A stretch of DNA of 64,000 bases from an uncultured Pseudomonadales bacterium. GTDB lineage: Bacteria > Patescibacteriota > Microgenomatia > UBA1400 > PJMF01. The DNA lies in assembly GCA_964570365.1 (NCBI GenBank), contig CAZMXT010000001.1, positions 9,440 to 73,439 of the forward strand, in the 5' to 3' direction. Within the stretch, counting starts at the first letter, position 1; every line of letters starts with the position of its first letter. The notes beneath the pieces were generated by a model that was not told the origin of the DNA, ran no database searches, and was given only the letters and a program-made list of their open reading frames with translations. The translations under genes were made by a program, and so were the position numbers. This document shows, one piece after another, positions 48,397 to 58,215 of the stretch.

Positions 48397-49523
48397 ATAT
48401 TCTGATACTAAACTGGAAAGATATTCGGAATCCCGAAGCCGGGGGAGCTGAGGTAGTCACATCACAATTTGCTCGCAACTTAGTCCAGGAGGGTCATCAG
48501 GTAACTCTCTTTTGCAGAACGTTTCCCCATTGTTTACCTAGCGAAGAGCTTGATGGGGTGCAGATTATTCGCCAGGGCGGAAAGTTGAGTACATACTGGA
48601 AAGCTTTCCTTTACTACAGAAGCTTAGCTATCAAGCCAGATATTGTAGTTGATATGGTGAATACCATATGCTGGCAAACTCCTTTATACGTTCCTCTAGA
48701 AAAGAGAGTTGCATATGTAAATCAGCTAGCAAGAGAAGTGCTTTTTTATGAGCTACCATTTCCTGTCTCGGTCATTTTCTATTTTTCAGAACGTCTTCAG
48801 TACTTACCTTACACCAACACGCCCATTTTATGTTTTTCTAAAAGTACTCAACAAGACTTAACGCTCTTTGGCATTCCTAAAAAAAATACTCATCTCTTTT
48901 CTCTTGGCTTAGATCATTCCTCATATTTCCAAGGCACACAAAAAACAAAACACCCGCTCTTTTTATTTGTGGCAAGATTAGTCAGAATGAAGAATACCGA
49001 TCTCTGCATTCGGGCGATGAAATCTGTGATCAAAAAACATCCAACCGCAAAGCTGGTAATTCTCGGAAATGGACCCGATAGGAAACGACTTCAACAAATT
49101 GTTGGTGCTGCTAACTTGGGTAATCATGTTGTTTTTATAGATAAAGATATTCCTTTTTTCGGCCCTCAAGTAAAAAATGCTAAAGTATCTTTGATGCAGC
49201 AAGCTTGGGCGTTACTTTTGCCATCAGTGAAAGAGGGTTGGGGAATGGTGGTCACTGAGGCTGCGGCTTGTGGCACCCCAGCCATTGTTAGTGATGTAAC
49301 GGGTCTACGTGACTCGGTAGTACATAATAAAACTGGCATCATGCTCTCAAAGTCTCCTAATCCAGAGGAAATGGAAGTTGCGATGCTTAAAATTATTGAA
49401 GATACTCAACTACGTCAAAGACTTTCTCAAGGTGCGCTACAATGGAGTAAGAACTTTAGCTGGGAAAAGAGTTACATCGAGTTTAAAAAGGCACTCGGTC
49501 AAGCTTTAAATAAGAAACTGTGA
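48393..49523 (+). CDS. GT4 glycosyltransferase
   Basis: NWKDIRNPEAGGAE, RLVRMK, EGWGMVVTEAAACGTP. Confidence 0.92.
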   Translation: MNILILNWKDIRNPEAGGAEVVTSQFARNLVQEGHQVTLFCRTFPHCLPSEELDGVQIIRQGGKLSTYWKAFLYYRSLAIKPDIVVDMVNTICWQTPLYVPLEKRVAYVNQLAREVLFYELPFPVSVIFYFSERLQYLPYTNTPILCFSKSTQQDLTLFGIPKKNTHLFSLGLDHSSYFQGTQKTKHPLFLFVARLVRMKNTDLCIRAMKSVIKKHPTAKLVILGNGPDRKRLQQIVGAANLGNHVVFIDKDIPFFGPQVKNAKVSLMQQAWALLLPSVKEGWGMVVTEAAACGTPAIVSDVTGLRDSVVHNKTGIMLSKSPNPEEMEVAMLKIIEDTQLRQRLSQGALQWSKNFSWEKSYIEFKKALGQALNKKL

Positions 49524-50344
49524 AAAAAACTTCCGTTCCACTGATATCAGTAACCATAGCTACTCATAACTCGCTCCGAACGATTGAGAAATGTCTCAGG
49601 TCAATCCAAGGACAGACCTACCCAAACCTTGAAGTGATTGTGGTGGATAGCCTCCAGTACGACTCAGTTCAACAATCCAAGTGCAAGAAAGTTATCTCTA
49701 AGTATGGTCGCTACATTCAGGATGGCCCTGAACGCAGCATTCAACGAAATCGAGGCATCAAAGCAGCGAAAGGTGAGTATGTTTTGGTTATCGACCAAGA
49801 TATGTACTTAACGCCAGAAGTTATCGCTGAGTGCTATCAAACCCTCACCCAAAACAAATATATTGCTTTGAATATCCCTGAGATTTCTATTGGAGAAGGG
49901 TTTTGGACCACTGTCGTTTCACTAGAAAGATATGTCAGTATTTATCTGGAGGATGGTGCCAATGAGTGCTGTCGCTTTTTCCGAAAGAAAGATGCGCTAG
50001 AACTTGGTGGGTATGATCCCAGCATCGTGGGTGCTGAGGACTCTGATTTTCATTACCGAATGCTTGCCAAAGGAAAAATTGGGAAGATAACCCATCACAT
50101 TTTGCATGATGAAGGCAAAACGAAATTTTGGAACCGCATCAAGAAAAAGTACTACTATAGCCAAGCATTTCGTGAGTATGTGAAGCGAAGACCAAACGTA
50201 GCAATAACTCAATTTTTTCCAATAAAGCCCGCATATTTTAAACACTGGAAAGTGTTAGCCAAACAGCCGATTGTGACACTAGGCATCGTAGCACTGCGTA
50301 CTGGAGAAGTACTGGCTGGAGGGATGGGAATTCTAATCAAATGA
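49520..50344 (+). CDS. GT2 glycosyltransferase
   Basis: ISVTIATHNS, GPERSIQRNRG, IDQDM, GGYD, AEDSD. Confidence 0.88.
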   Translation: MKKTSVPLISVTIATHNSLRTIEKCLRSIQGQTYPNLEVIVVDSLQYDSVQQSKCKKVISKYGRYIQDGPERSIQRNRGIKAAKGEYVLVIDQDMYLTPEVIAECYQTLTQNKYIALNIPEISIGEGFWTTVVSLERYVSIYLEDGANECCRFFRKKDALELGGYDPSIVGAEDSDFHYRMLAKGKIGKITHHILHDEGKTKFWNRIKKKYYYSQAFREYVKRRPNVAITQFFPIKPAYFKHWKVLAKQPIVTLGIVALRTGEVLAGGMGILIK

Positions 50345-51276
50345 CAAACCTAAAAAATAAAAAAGTATTAATTACTGGAATTACCGGATTTATCGGTGCT
50401 CATCTAGAAAAAAAACTCGCTAAGCTGGGGGCCGAAGTATTTGGTGTTTCTACTACTAAGGCGGGAAAGAATATCTTAACTGCAAATATCGCAGATTTTT
50501 CTCCCTTAAGCGAGTTTATTGCGAAACATAAGATCGATATCTGCTTTCACTTAGCAGGCGAATCTTTAGTTGAGTCAGGCCAAAAAGACCCATACCATAC
50601 CTTTAAAACGAATGTACTCGGCACCTTAAATGTTCTCGAATCAGCTAGGTTGCATTGTTTAGAAAAGATTGTTATTGCTTCGACCTCTCATGTGTATGGC
50701 AATAGCGTAGTTCCCTATTTGGAAGAATATCCGCCACGTCCCTCCCGACCGTATGAAACTTCCAAGACTGCTACTGACTTAATCACTCAGTCATATGCAA
50801 CTACTTTTAGCCTACCAGTTTTTATCCCTCGATTTACTAACATTTATGGACCAGGTGATCTGAATTTTAGCCGATTAATTCCTAAGATCATGAAAAATAT
50901 TGCTCTCAATGAAGCTGTATCGATGTGGGGTGGGGCAGCCAAACGAAGCTTTCTCTACATCGACGATGCGATTGAAGCCTACATTAAGTTAGCATTAGCT
51001 GACCCACAAAAGGTGGGCCACAACCGAATTTTTAACTTTGGACACGCCGAACTGGTTTCGATTAAGGAGCTGATTCAAAAAGCAATTCAGCTTTCAGGTA
51101 AAAAGATTCCTATTGAGGAATCAAATCAAGAACGACCCCTAGAAATTCCCGAACAATATGTCTCTTTCCAAAAAGCTCAAAATACTCTAGATTGGAGTCC
51201 GGAAGTGAGTTTAGAGCTAGGCTTACAAAAAACATATTCATGGTATTCTCAGTACTTGAGTCACAAGAAGGAGTAA
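50341..51276 (+). CDS. NAD-dependent nucleotide-sugar epimerase/dehydratase (SDR)
   Basis: TGITGFIG, HLAG, STSHVYG, PYETSK (YxxxK), NIYGPGD. Confidence 0.9.
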   Translation: MTNLKNKKVLITGITGFIGAHLEKKLAKLGAEVFGVSTTKAGKNILTANIADFSPLSEFIAKHKIDICFHLAGESLVESGQKDPYHTFKTNVLGTLNVLESARLHCLEKIVIASTSHVYGNSVVPYLEEYPPRPSRPYETSKTATDLITQSYATTFSLPVFIPRFTNIYGPGDLNFSRLIPKIMKNIALNEAVSMWGGAAKRSFLYIDDAIEAYIKLALADPQKVGHNRIFNFGHAELVSIKELIQKAIQLSGKKIPIEESNQERPLEIPEQYVSFQKAQNTLDWSPEVSLELGLQKTYSWYSQYLSHKKE

Positions 51277-51284
51277 CTTTCAGC

Positions 51285-52376
51285 ATGAAATCATTAGCAA
51301 AATACTTTAAAAACAAAAAGGTCTTGATTTTTGGTGGCACTGGCTCCTGGGGAAGTGAGTTAGTCCGTCAGATGGTAAATGACTTTGAGTTGAGCGAGCT
51401 CAGGATTGTTAGTCGTGGCGAGCATAAACAGGTAGAAATGAGACACAGGTATCAAGGTGTCAAAAACTTGCGCTTTATTATTGGAGATGTTCGAGATCCA
51501 GAAGCAGTTGACTCAGCCATGAAGGGCGTTGATATTGTTTTTAACTTAGCTGCCCTGAAGCACGTGCCTGTTTGCGAAGAAAATTCTTGGGAATCAATCC
51601 TGACTAATATTCATGGCCCCCAAAACATAGTCACTGCAGCATTCAAGCACGAACCAGAAGCGGTGATCCAAGTCTCTACTGATAAAGCAGTTGATCCTTT
51701 AAATACTTATGGTTTTACCAAGGGCGTAGCTGAGCGAATCATGGTTGGTGCGAACTTTTCACCTGCCAAAGGAGCCAGAACCAAGTTTGTCTGTGTCAGG
51801 GGCGGAAATGTCTTAGGCACAAACGGCAGTGTTGTTCCCCTTTTTAAGCAGCTCATCCAGAACTTTAATAGAGTGCCAGTAACTCACAAGGACATGTCTC
51901 GTTTTTTAATGAGGGTTGAGGAAGCAATTTGTTTAGTGTTGGAAGCCACCTTAGAGTCGCAAGGTGGAGAAGTTTTTGTAATGCGCATGCCTGGAGCAAA
52001 GATCACGGACTTAGCTGCTGTTATGGTCAAAGAGCTCGGAAATGCAAAAACCAAGATTGAGTTTACGGGCATTCGCCCTGGGGAGAAAATGTATGAAGTT
52101 TTAGTTTCTCGAAATGAAGCACCGCGTACGTATCAAAAGGGCCAATACTACGTCATCCTGCCAGAAGTGGTGCACGCAGCATTTAAACGAGATAAGTTCT
52201 TAAAGTTACCATCTCTGGGCATGGAGGAATATAACTCTCAGAATACTCATCAACTTGATCAAAAAAGCTTAATCAAACTTCTGAAAACTGATGGTTGGTT
52301 AAAGCCTGATACTACTACCCCTTTTAGTACTATCTTTTCTCCTTACAAGGAAAAGGCAAACAAAGGATTAGTATGA
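51285..52376 (+). CDS. UDP-GlcNAc 4,6-dehydratase family protein (PseB/FnlA/CapD, Polysacc_synt_2)
   Basis: GGTGSWG, IGDVRD, AALKHVP, STDKAV.P.N.YG.TK, RGGNVLGTNGSVVP, GIRPGEK. Start refined to ATG 51285 after AAGGAG. Confidence 0.9.
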   Translation: MKSLAKYFKNKKVLIFGGTGSWGSELVRQMVNDFELSELRIVSRGEHKQVEMRHRYQGVKNLRFIIGDVRDPEAVDSAMKGVDIVFNLAALKHVPVCEENSWESILTNIHGPQNIVTAAFKHEPEAVIQVSTDKAVDPLNTYGFTKGVAERIMVGANFSPAKGARTKFVCVRGGNVLGTNGSVVPLFKQLIQNFNRVPVTHKDMSRFLMRVEEAICLVLEATLESQGGEVFVMRMPGAKITDLAAVMVKELGNAKTKIEFTGIRPGEKMYEVLVSRNEAPRTYQKGQYYVILPEVVHAAFKRDKFLKLPSLGMEEYNSQNTHQLDQKSLIKLLKTDGWLKPDTTTPFSTIFSPYKEKANKGLV

Positions 52377-53488
52377 GTAAGTCTAAAAAATTAATTGAAA
52401 TTTCTAAACCAATCATAGAAAAAGAAGAGATTAATGCGGTGGTGAAGGTTTTGAAAAATCGACAACTTTCCCAGGGTCCCATCGTTAAAAACTTAGAAGA
52501 GATTTTTGCACGGTACTGCGGCACGAAGTATGCAGTCGCAGTCTGCAATGGTACTGCAACCCTGCACTGCGCGCTGCACGCGCTGAAAGTTACTGATCAA
52601 GATCAAGTAATTACCACTCCCTTCACTTTCGTTGCTACTGCCAATGCAATTTTGATGGAAAGAGCCAAAGTCGTCTTCAGTGACATTGAAGAGGAAACTT
52701 TTAATTTAGATCCTAAAAAGCTAGAAAGTAAAATCACCAAAAGAACCAAAGTTATCATGCCAGTAGATTTGTTTGGTCACATTTACGACGTTCAACAAAT
52801 TAACTCAATCGCTAAAAGACATCATCTCAGTATTGTAGAAGACGCTGCTCAGTCGGTCGCAGCGGAGTATAAAAATAAGAAAGCCGGGAACTTAGCAGAG
52901 GTAGCCAGCTTTTCACTATATGCAACCAAGAATATTACTTCCGGTGTGGGCGGCATGCTCACCACAAATAGTAAAGAAATTATGGAAAAGTGTAAACTTT
53001 TCCGTCACCACGGTCAGGACGAAAGCAAAGTCTATGAGTATATTGAGTTTGGCTACAACTACCGAATGATGGATATGATTGCTGTCATTGCCATTGAACA
53101 GATGAAAAAAATAGAGGACTTCACCAGCAAGCGCCGAGCAAATGCTGCTCTCTTTAACGAGGGCTTAAAAGATATTCAGGGCTTAATCACGCCGATTGAA
53201 AAACCAGGCTACAAGCACGTTTACCACCAGTATACGTTGCGAATTACCCCCGAATTTAAGCTCTCCAGAGATAAATTCATTGAGAAGCTCGCTGACAGAG
53301 GCATTATGGCTAAGATTTTTTATCCCAAGCCACTGCACTTATACCCACACTTTTTGGAGATGGGTTATAAAAAAGGTGACTTTCCAGTCGCTGAACGCTT
53401 AGCTAACGAAGTTGTTTCGATTCCAGTGCATCCTTTAGTTACTCCTAAACAGGCTGAGTTTATTATTCAAAGCATCAAAAAGATCTAG
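52373..53488 (+). CDS. DegT/DnrJ/EryC1/StrS PLP-dependent sugar aminotransferase
   Basis: NGTATLH, TPFTFVAT, PVDLFG, EDAAQ, SLYATKN (PLP Lys), GYNYRM. Confidence 0.95.
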   Translation: MSKSKKLIEISKPIIEKEEINAVVKVLKNRQLSQGPIVKNLEEIFARYCGTKYAVAVCNGTATLHCALHALKVTDQDQVITTPFTFVATANAILMERAKVVFSDIEEETFNLDPKKLESKITKRTKVIMPVDLFGHIYDVQQINSIAKRHHLSIVEDAAQSVAAEYKNKKAGNLAEVASFSLYATKNITSGVGGMLTTNSKEIMEKCKLFRHHGQDESKVYEYIEFGYNYRMMDMIAVIAIEQMKKIEDFTSKRRANAALFNEGLKDIQGLITPIEKPGYKHVYHQYTLRITPEFKLSRDKFIEKLADRGIMAKIFYPKPLHLYPHFLEMGYKKGDFPVAERLANEVVSIPVHPLVTPKQAEFIIQSIKKI

Positions 53489-53492
53489 TTCT

Positions 53493-53882
53493 ATGACGCT
53501 AACCAGGTTACCACTGCAAAAGCACCAGGACTCACGAGGCCTATTAATTCAGAATGATTATCCTGAAATTTTTGAGGAAATGAAACACTTCTTGGTCTCA
53601 TTTTCCGAACCCGGAGTAATCAGAGGGAATCACTATCACTTGCGAAAAAAGGAATGGTTTTTAGTCATTCAAGGAACAGCAGAACTACATCTGACAAACA
53701 CTAAGACTCACGAGCAAAGTACCTATGTGATTCAAGGCAGTCAGCCCGAGTTATTTCTGATGGAACCCTCTATTGCTCATGCCTTTAAAAACATTGGCTC
53801 AGATCAGTTGGTTTTTTTAGGTCTAGTAAATGAAGCTTTTGACGAGTCAGATCCCGATACAATTTCCTACCAGGTAATCTGA
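53493..53882 (+). CDS. Cupin sugar isomerase/epimerase (FdtA/WxcM- or WbjC C-terminal-like)
   Basis: DSRG, PGVIRGNHYHLRKKEWF, HAFKN, PDT. Confidence 0.82.
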   Translation: MTLTRLPLQKHQDSRGLLIQNDYPEIFEEMKHFLVSFSEPGVIRGNHYHLRKKEWFLVIQGTAELHLTNTKTHEQSTYVIQGSQPELFLMEPSIAHAFKNIGSDQLVFLGLVNEAFDESDPDTISYQVI

Positions 53883-53896
53883 AAGTAAACACCTAC

Positions 53897-54277
53897 ATGC
53901 TTAACCGTGCTCTCAATACTCAGCTGACTGTCGGGGTCGATATTTGCGAAGTCGCTCGCTTCACTGAGTTTGAAGTGAACAGCGCTTTTACACAGAAAGT
54001 TTTCACCACTGCCGAATTAAATCAATGTCAAGCAAAGCCTAATTTAGCAGAAAGCTTAGCGGTCAGATTTGCGGGTAAAGAAGCAATCCAAAAATCTTTG
54101 GCGGAAAACATTCCCTACAATCAAATTGAGATCCTGACAGACGCACACGGTAAACCTAAAGCCAGCTTACTTGATCCCACTCTCAAAACCAAATATGATA
54201 TAGAAGTCAGTTTAAGTCACACCAAGACACTTGCCCAAGCTTTTTGCCTGACTCAATCCTTAGTAACTCAATCATAA
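53897..54277 (+). CDS. acpS: Holo-ACP synthase (AcpS-type phosphopantetheinyl transferase)
   Basis: VGVDICEV.R, FT..E, RFAGKEA..K, G.P, VSLSH. Confidence 0.92.
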   Translation: MLNRALNTQLTVGVDICEVARFTEFEVNSAFTQKVFTTAELNQCQAKPNLAESLAVRFAGKEAIQKSLAENIPYNQIEILTDAHGKPKASLLDPTLKTKYDIEVSLSHTKTLAQAFCLTQSLVTQS

Positions 54278-54285
54278 AGGACCTT

Positions 54286-54546
54286 ATGACCCAACAAAAC
54301 CTAGATGCTAATCAAACTAAATTGGTGGAACTCTTTAGCAATGTTTTCCCAAGCCTAACCAAAGATAGTTTTAATCTAGATCAAGATCGAACTACGTTTG
54401 AGAACTGGGACTCTCTGAGTCATATGCAGCTAGTCTCAGAAATTGAACAAAGCTTTAATGTGTCATTTGAGATGGAGGAGATTGTCGACATTAGCAAGCC
54501 TGCTGACTTCCTTGCCTTAATTACTAAGAAGAAAGCTCAAGCATGA
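54286..54546 (+). CDS. Acyl carrier protein
   Basis: Small acidic protein with WDSLSHM (phosphopantetheine Ser) and IEQSFNV. Start refined to ATG 54286 after AAGGA. Confidence 0.9.
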   Translation: MTQQNLDANQTKLVELFSNVFPSLTKDSFNLDQDRTTFENWDSLSHMQLVSEIEQSFNVSFEMEEIVDISKPADFLALITKKKAQA

Positions 54547-56051
54547 TGGTGGATTTCTCCAAGATGAATACCATACCCGACTTCTTAGAGAAAAATGCTC
54601 AGCAATTTCCCGACAAACCAGCGCTTGTTTTTGATAAAAAGTCATTTAGTTATCAAGAATTAAACTCTCAAAGTGAGTTAGTTGCCAATTTTTTGCTTTC
54701 CAAAACCAAGCCGCAAGACGTGGTTGCAATTCTTCTTCCAAATAGTGCAGATTTTGTAATCAGTTACTTTGGCGTTTTAAAAGCTGGGTGTATTGCACTA
54801 CTTATTCCTCCTAATATTTCTGATGACAAGCTCAAGTTCCAGGTAGCAAAAACCCAGCCAAACCTTATCCTAACTGAATCCAAGTACAGCGCTAAAATTG
54901 AACGTGCCAATTTAGGTCCCAAACTTGAAGTGATCGACACCCAGACGCTCTTAGGCATTCAGCTCTCAACCGACCAACAACCTAGAACAATTGCCCCCAC
55001 AGACACCTCGACTATTATCTTTACTTCTGGGACTACTTCTGAACCGAAGGGCGTTCAGCTTCAACACACAAATGTGGTAAATGCCACCAAAAACATTGTA
55101 GAGTTCCTCAACCTAACTCCCCAAGAAATAGATGTAAATATTTCTGCTCTTTCTCATTCTTTTGGTCTTGGCCACTTGCACTGCTTCTTGGCTGTTGGCG
55201 GAACTACAGTATTGTTCCGGGATGCAATCAACTTAAAAGAAATTCTCAATGCCATCTCTGCAAATCATGCTACTACTTTGGGTGCAGTGCCGGCTATTCT
55301 TCGCTTACTGCTCAACAATTTTCGAACAGAATTTCAGGAACATGGTAAAAGTTTACGCATTGTCCAAACCAATACCTCTCCTTTAGAAAAAGAGCTCATT
55401 GAGGGAATTCTCAATACTTTACCAAGTACAAACTTTTCTTATTACTATGGCTTAACCGAAGCATCACGCTCCACCTTCATTACCTTTAACCAACATGCTG
55501 ACAAACTCTCGAGCATCGGCCAAGCTTCCCCAAATGTTCAAGTGGAAGTACGAGACGCACGTGATCAGGTCTGCTCTCCTGGCGAGCTGGGCGAAATTTG
55601 TATCAAAGGTAAAATGGTGATTCAGGAGTACTGGCAAAATCCCAGTGCTTCAGAAAAAGTAAAAGCTGGCTGGTTTCACTCAGGAGACGTCGGCTATATG
55701 GATCCTGAAGGGTTCCTGTACTACAAAGGTAGGTATAATGATCTCATTAATGTTTCTGGAGAAAAAGTTTCACCTGAAGAAGTAGAGGATTTAATTAAGA
55801 AAGTTCCGGGTGTAACTGATGCTGCTGTAATTGGAATTCCAGATAAAATACTTGGGGAAGTTATCAAAGCTTTTATCTCGGTTTCTGATAAGGAGTTTGA
55901 CGTTCATCTAGTCACACAACTCTGTCGGCAAAAACTAGAAAGCTATAAGGTTCCCCGAGAAGTTGAGATTATTAAAGAAATTCCGCGAACCGATAATGGC
56001 AAGCTCCAGCGCAATAAACTCAAAAAAAGCTACACAGAATTAATTTACTAG
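54543..56051 (+). CDS. AMP-forming acyl-CoA/acyl-ACP ligase (ANL superfamily)
   Basis: IIFTSGTTSEPKG, YYGLTE, FHSGDVG, GR..DLI..GEKV.P.EVE, PRT.NGK. Confidence 0.92.
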   Translation: MMVDFSKMNTIPDFLEKNAQQFPDKPALVFDKKSFSYQELNSQSELVANFLLSKTKPQDVVAILLPNSADFVISYFGVLKAGCIALLIPPNISDDKLKFQVAKTQPNLILTESKYSAKIERANLGPKLEVIDTQTLLGIQLSTDQQPRTIAPTDTSTIIFTSGTTSEPKGVQLQHTNVVNATKNIVEFLNLTPQEIDVNISALSHSFGLGHLHCFLAVGGTTVLFRDAINLKEILNAISANHATTLGAVPAILRLLLNNFRTEFQEHGKSLRIVQTNTSPLEKELIEGILNTLPSTNFSYYYGLTEASRSTFITFNQHADKLSSIGQASPNVQVEVRDARDQVCSPGELGEICIKGKMVIQEYWQNPSASEKVKAGWFHSGDVGYMDPEGFLYYKGRYNDLINVSGEKVSPEEVEDLIKKVPGVTDAAVIGIPDKILGEVIKAFISVSDKEFDVHLVTQLCRQKLESYKVPREVEIIKEIPRTDNGKLQRNKLKKSYTELIY

Positions 56052-56056
56052 GATCT

Positions 56057-57109
56057 ATGGACATTCTCAACTTTCTACCTAAAGCTTACTTTCCAAATCG
56101 AGTTTTCTTTGGCGAAAAATCTACTCTATTCCTGAGAACCATTCAAACAGAAAAAAGATTATTTGTAATATCTCAATCCTTTAACTTTGCTAGCCCTCAG
56201 CTTGTTGTTGAGCTGGGTGCTACCCCCGAAAATACATGGACCCACAGTGGGGAACCGAGCCGAGAAGATGTTCAGGCATTAGAAATGAAAGTTGCAGAGC
56301 AATCGCCTACTTGGATCATTGCAGTAGGTGGTGGCTCAATTCTTGACTTGGTCAAAGTTGTCAAGAAAAGGCACCCGATTCAGATGCTAGCCATACCGAC
56401 TACGTTAGGCTCTGGCACTGAGGTTAGTCAGCACGTAGTCTATGTCGAAGAAAATCGTAAAAAAGTAGAAAGTGACTACAAGTTCCTGCCTGAGGTCGTC
56501 TTACTTACCCCCAAGTACCTCAACTCATTAAGTAGTGAACAGATCGTTTATCAGTCAATTGATGCCTTAGCACATGGCTTAGAAAGCCTAGTCTCTAAGA
56601 TGGCCAACCCTTTCTCTGATTTATTTGCCACCTCTAGTATTAAGCTGATTCATGAACAATTGATGAGCATACCTACAACTGAGCTGCCCTCATTAGCCCA
56701 ACTCCATCAACTCCAACTAGGTGGTTTTATGGCGGGATTAGCGCAAAGCAGTGCAGCCACCGGCCTTACCCACTCCTTTGCCCACCACTTTGGTCCCAAG
56801 TTGAAACTGCCTCATGCTCAAGCTGTCGCCAGCTTTCTGATTGATGTTGTAAAACTTAATACTGCCCACACCGATAAATATCAAAAATTAAAAGCAGCTC
56901 AAAGCTTCGGAAATCAAGATCCTGTCACTGCATTAGAAAAGTTGTTTGAAAAACTGAAGATTCAAGTTACTTCTTTTACTTTAGCTGATGATATTGATGA
57001 ATCAGCTCTGGCTATTCAAAAAGATGTCTGCAGCTTAACTAACCCCTACCCTCCGTCTCTAGAAGAGATCACAGCAATCATCCAACAGCACAGAACGGTG
57101 CTAGGATAA
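56057..57109 (+). CDS. Iron-containing alcohol dehydrogenase
   Basis: VGGGSILD, PTTLGSGTE, DALAHGLE, GLTHSFAH, PHA; Asp/His metal ligands retained. Confidence 0.9.
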   Translation: MDILNFLPKAYFPNRVFFGEKSTLFLRTIQTEKRLFVISQSFNFASPQLVVELGATPENTWTHSGEPSREDVQALEMKVAEQSPTWIIAVGGGSILDLVKVVKKRHPIQMLAIPTTLGSGTEVSQHVVYVEENRKKVESDYKFLPEVVLLTPKYLNSLSSEQIVYQSIDALAHGLESLVSKMANPFSDLFATSSIKLIHEQLMSIPTTELPSLAQLHQLQLGGFMAGLAQSSAATGLTHSFAHHFGPKLKLPHAQAVASFLIDVVKLNTAHTDKYQKLKAAQSFGNQDPVTALEKLFEKLKIQVTSFTLADDIDESALAIQKDVCSLTNPYPPSLEEITAIIQQHRTVLG

Positions 57110-57113
57110 GGAT

Positions 57114-58211
57114 ATGTCAGCAGTACTTAATGAGTTATTAGCATGCTCACCATATGAACTTTCCCAAGCTGAGAAAGAGCGAGTTTTTATGCCAGCTCTG
57201 AGAGAAGCAGCTCTGTGGCACTATCAGGCATCTCCAGAGTTTAAAAAAATCTGCCAAGGAAAAAATTTTGATCCTGCACAAGAGTTTGAGATCATTGATT
57301 TACCATATATCCCAGTACCCATTTTTAAAAAATTTGACCTGCGCAGCGTGCCTGATTTAGAAATCATTAAAACTTTATACTCCAGCGGCACCTCAGGAAA
57401 TCCCAGTAAGGTTTTTATTGATCAAGCAACAGCAGATGCTCAGGGAAAAGCCTTAACTAAAATCTTGACCAGTTTTTTGGGAAAAGAGCGACGACACTTT
57501 CTGATTTTTGACTCACCAAACTCAGTTTCCAGTCGCTCTGGCGAGCTCTCTTCTCGAGGTACTGCTATTCGCGGTATTCTTACTATGGCTAAACGCTTTA
57601 CTTTTTTACTAGATGATGAGCTAAAGCTAGATCAAGAAAAGTTAGAAAAAACCCTGAATGAGCTCAATCCCGAAGAGCCTGTCTGCTTTTTTGGTTTTAC
57701 CTGGTTAATCTACAACGTTTATCTGCAGTATGGTAAACAGCTTGCCGAGGCGCTCAGCAAAGTAAAGAATTCTGATACTGTCATCCTTCATATTGGTGGC
57801 TGGAAGAAACTTCAAGACCGGGCAGTTTCTAAAGCGCAGTTCAATCAGGATCTGAGCACTACATTTGCTCTTCCTAAGTCCTCAGTGATTGACTTCTACG
57901 GGATGACTGAGCAGCTCGGCACAGTCTACCCAGATTGTTCGGCAGGACACAAACATGCACCCGCTTACGCAGAGATCATTATCAGAAATCCAGAAACTCT
58001 TCTTACTCAACCAAATAACCAACTAGGATTTATTCAGCTGGTCAGTCCGATACCCCATAGTTATCCCGGGATTAGCATCTTATCTGAAGACATGGGCATT
58101 CTACTGGGTACAGATGACTGTCCTTGCGGACGAAAAGGGAAGTACTTTGAGTTTAAGAAACGCTCCGAGGGAGCAGAAGTCAAAGGCTGTGGTGATGCCT
58201 TAGATCTATAA
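57114..58211 (+). CDS. LuxE-like acyl-protein synthetase
   Basis: LPYIPV..FK, SSGTSG, HIGGWKK, DFYGMTEQ, SYPG.S.L.ED.G, CPCGRKG, C-terminal KGC. Confidence 0.9.
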   Translation: MSAVLNELLACSPYELSQAEKERVFMPALREAALWHYQASPEFKKICQGKNFDPAQEFEIIDLPYIPVPIFKKFDLRSVPDLEIIKTLYSSGTSGNPSKVFIDQATADAQGKALTKILTSFLGKERRHFLIFDSPNSVSSRSGELSSRGTAIRGILTMAKRFTFLLDDELKLDQEKLEKTLNELNPEEPVCFFGFTWLIYNVYLQYGKQLAEALSKVKNSDTVILHIGGWKKLQDRAVSKAQFNQDLSTTFALPKSSVIDFYGMTEQLGTVYPDCSAGHKHAPAYAEIIIRNPETLLTQPNNQLGFIQLVSPIPHSYPGISILSEDMGILLGTDDCPCGRKGKYFEFKKRSEGAEVKGCGDALDL

Positions 58212-58215
58212 GTAT

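Noticed and set aside
53897-56051. NRPS/PKS secondary-metabolite cluster or fatty-acid synthase
   Set aside because: No condensation, ketosynthase or thioesterase gene is present, and the module is flanked by GTs and a flippase.
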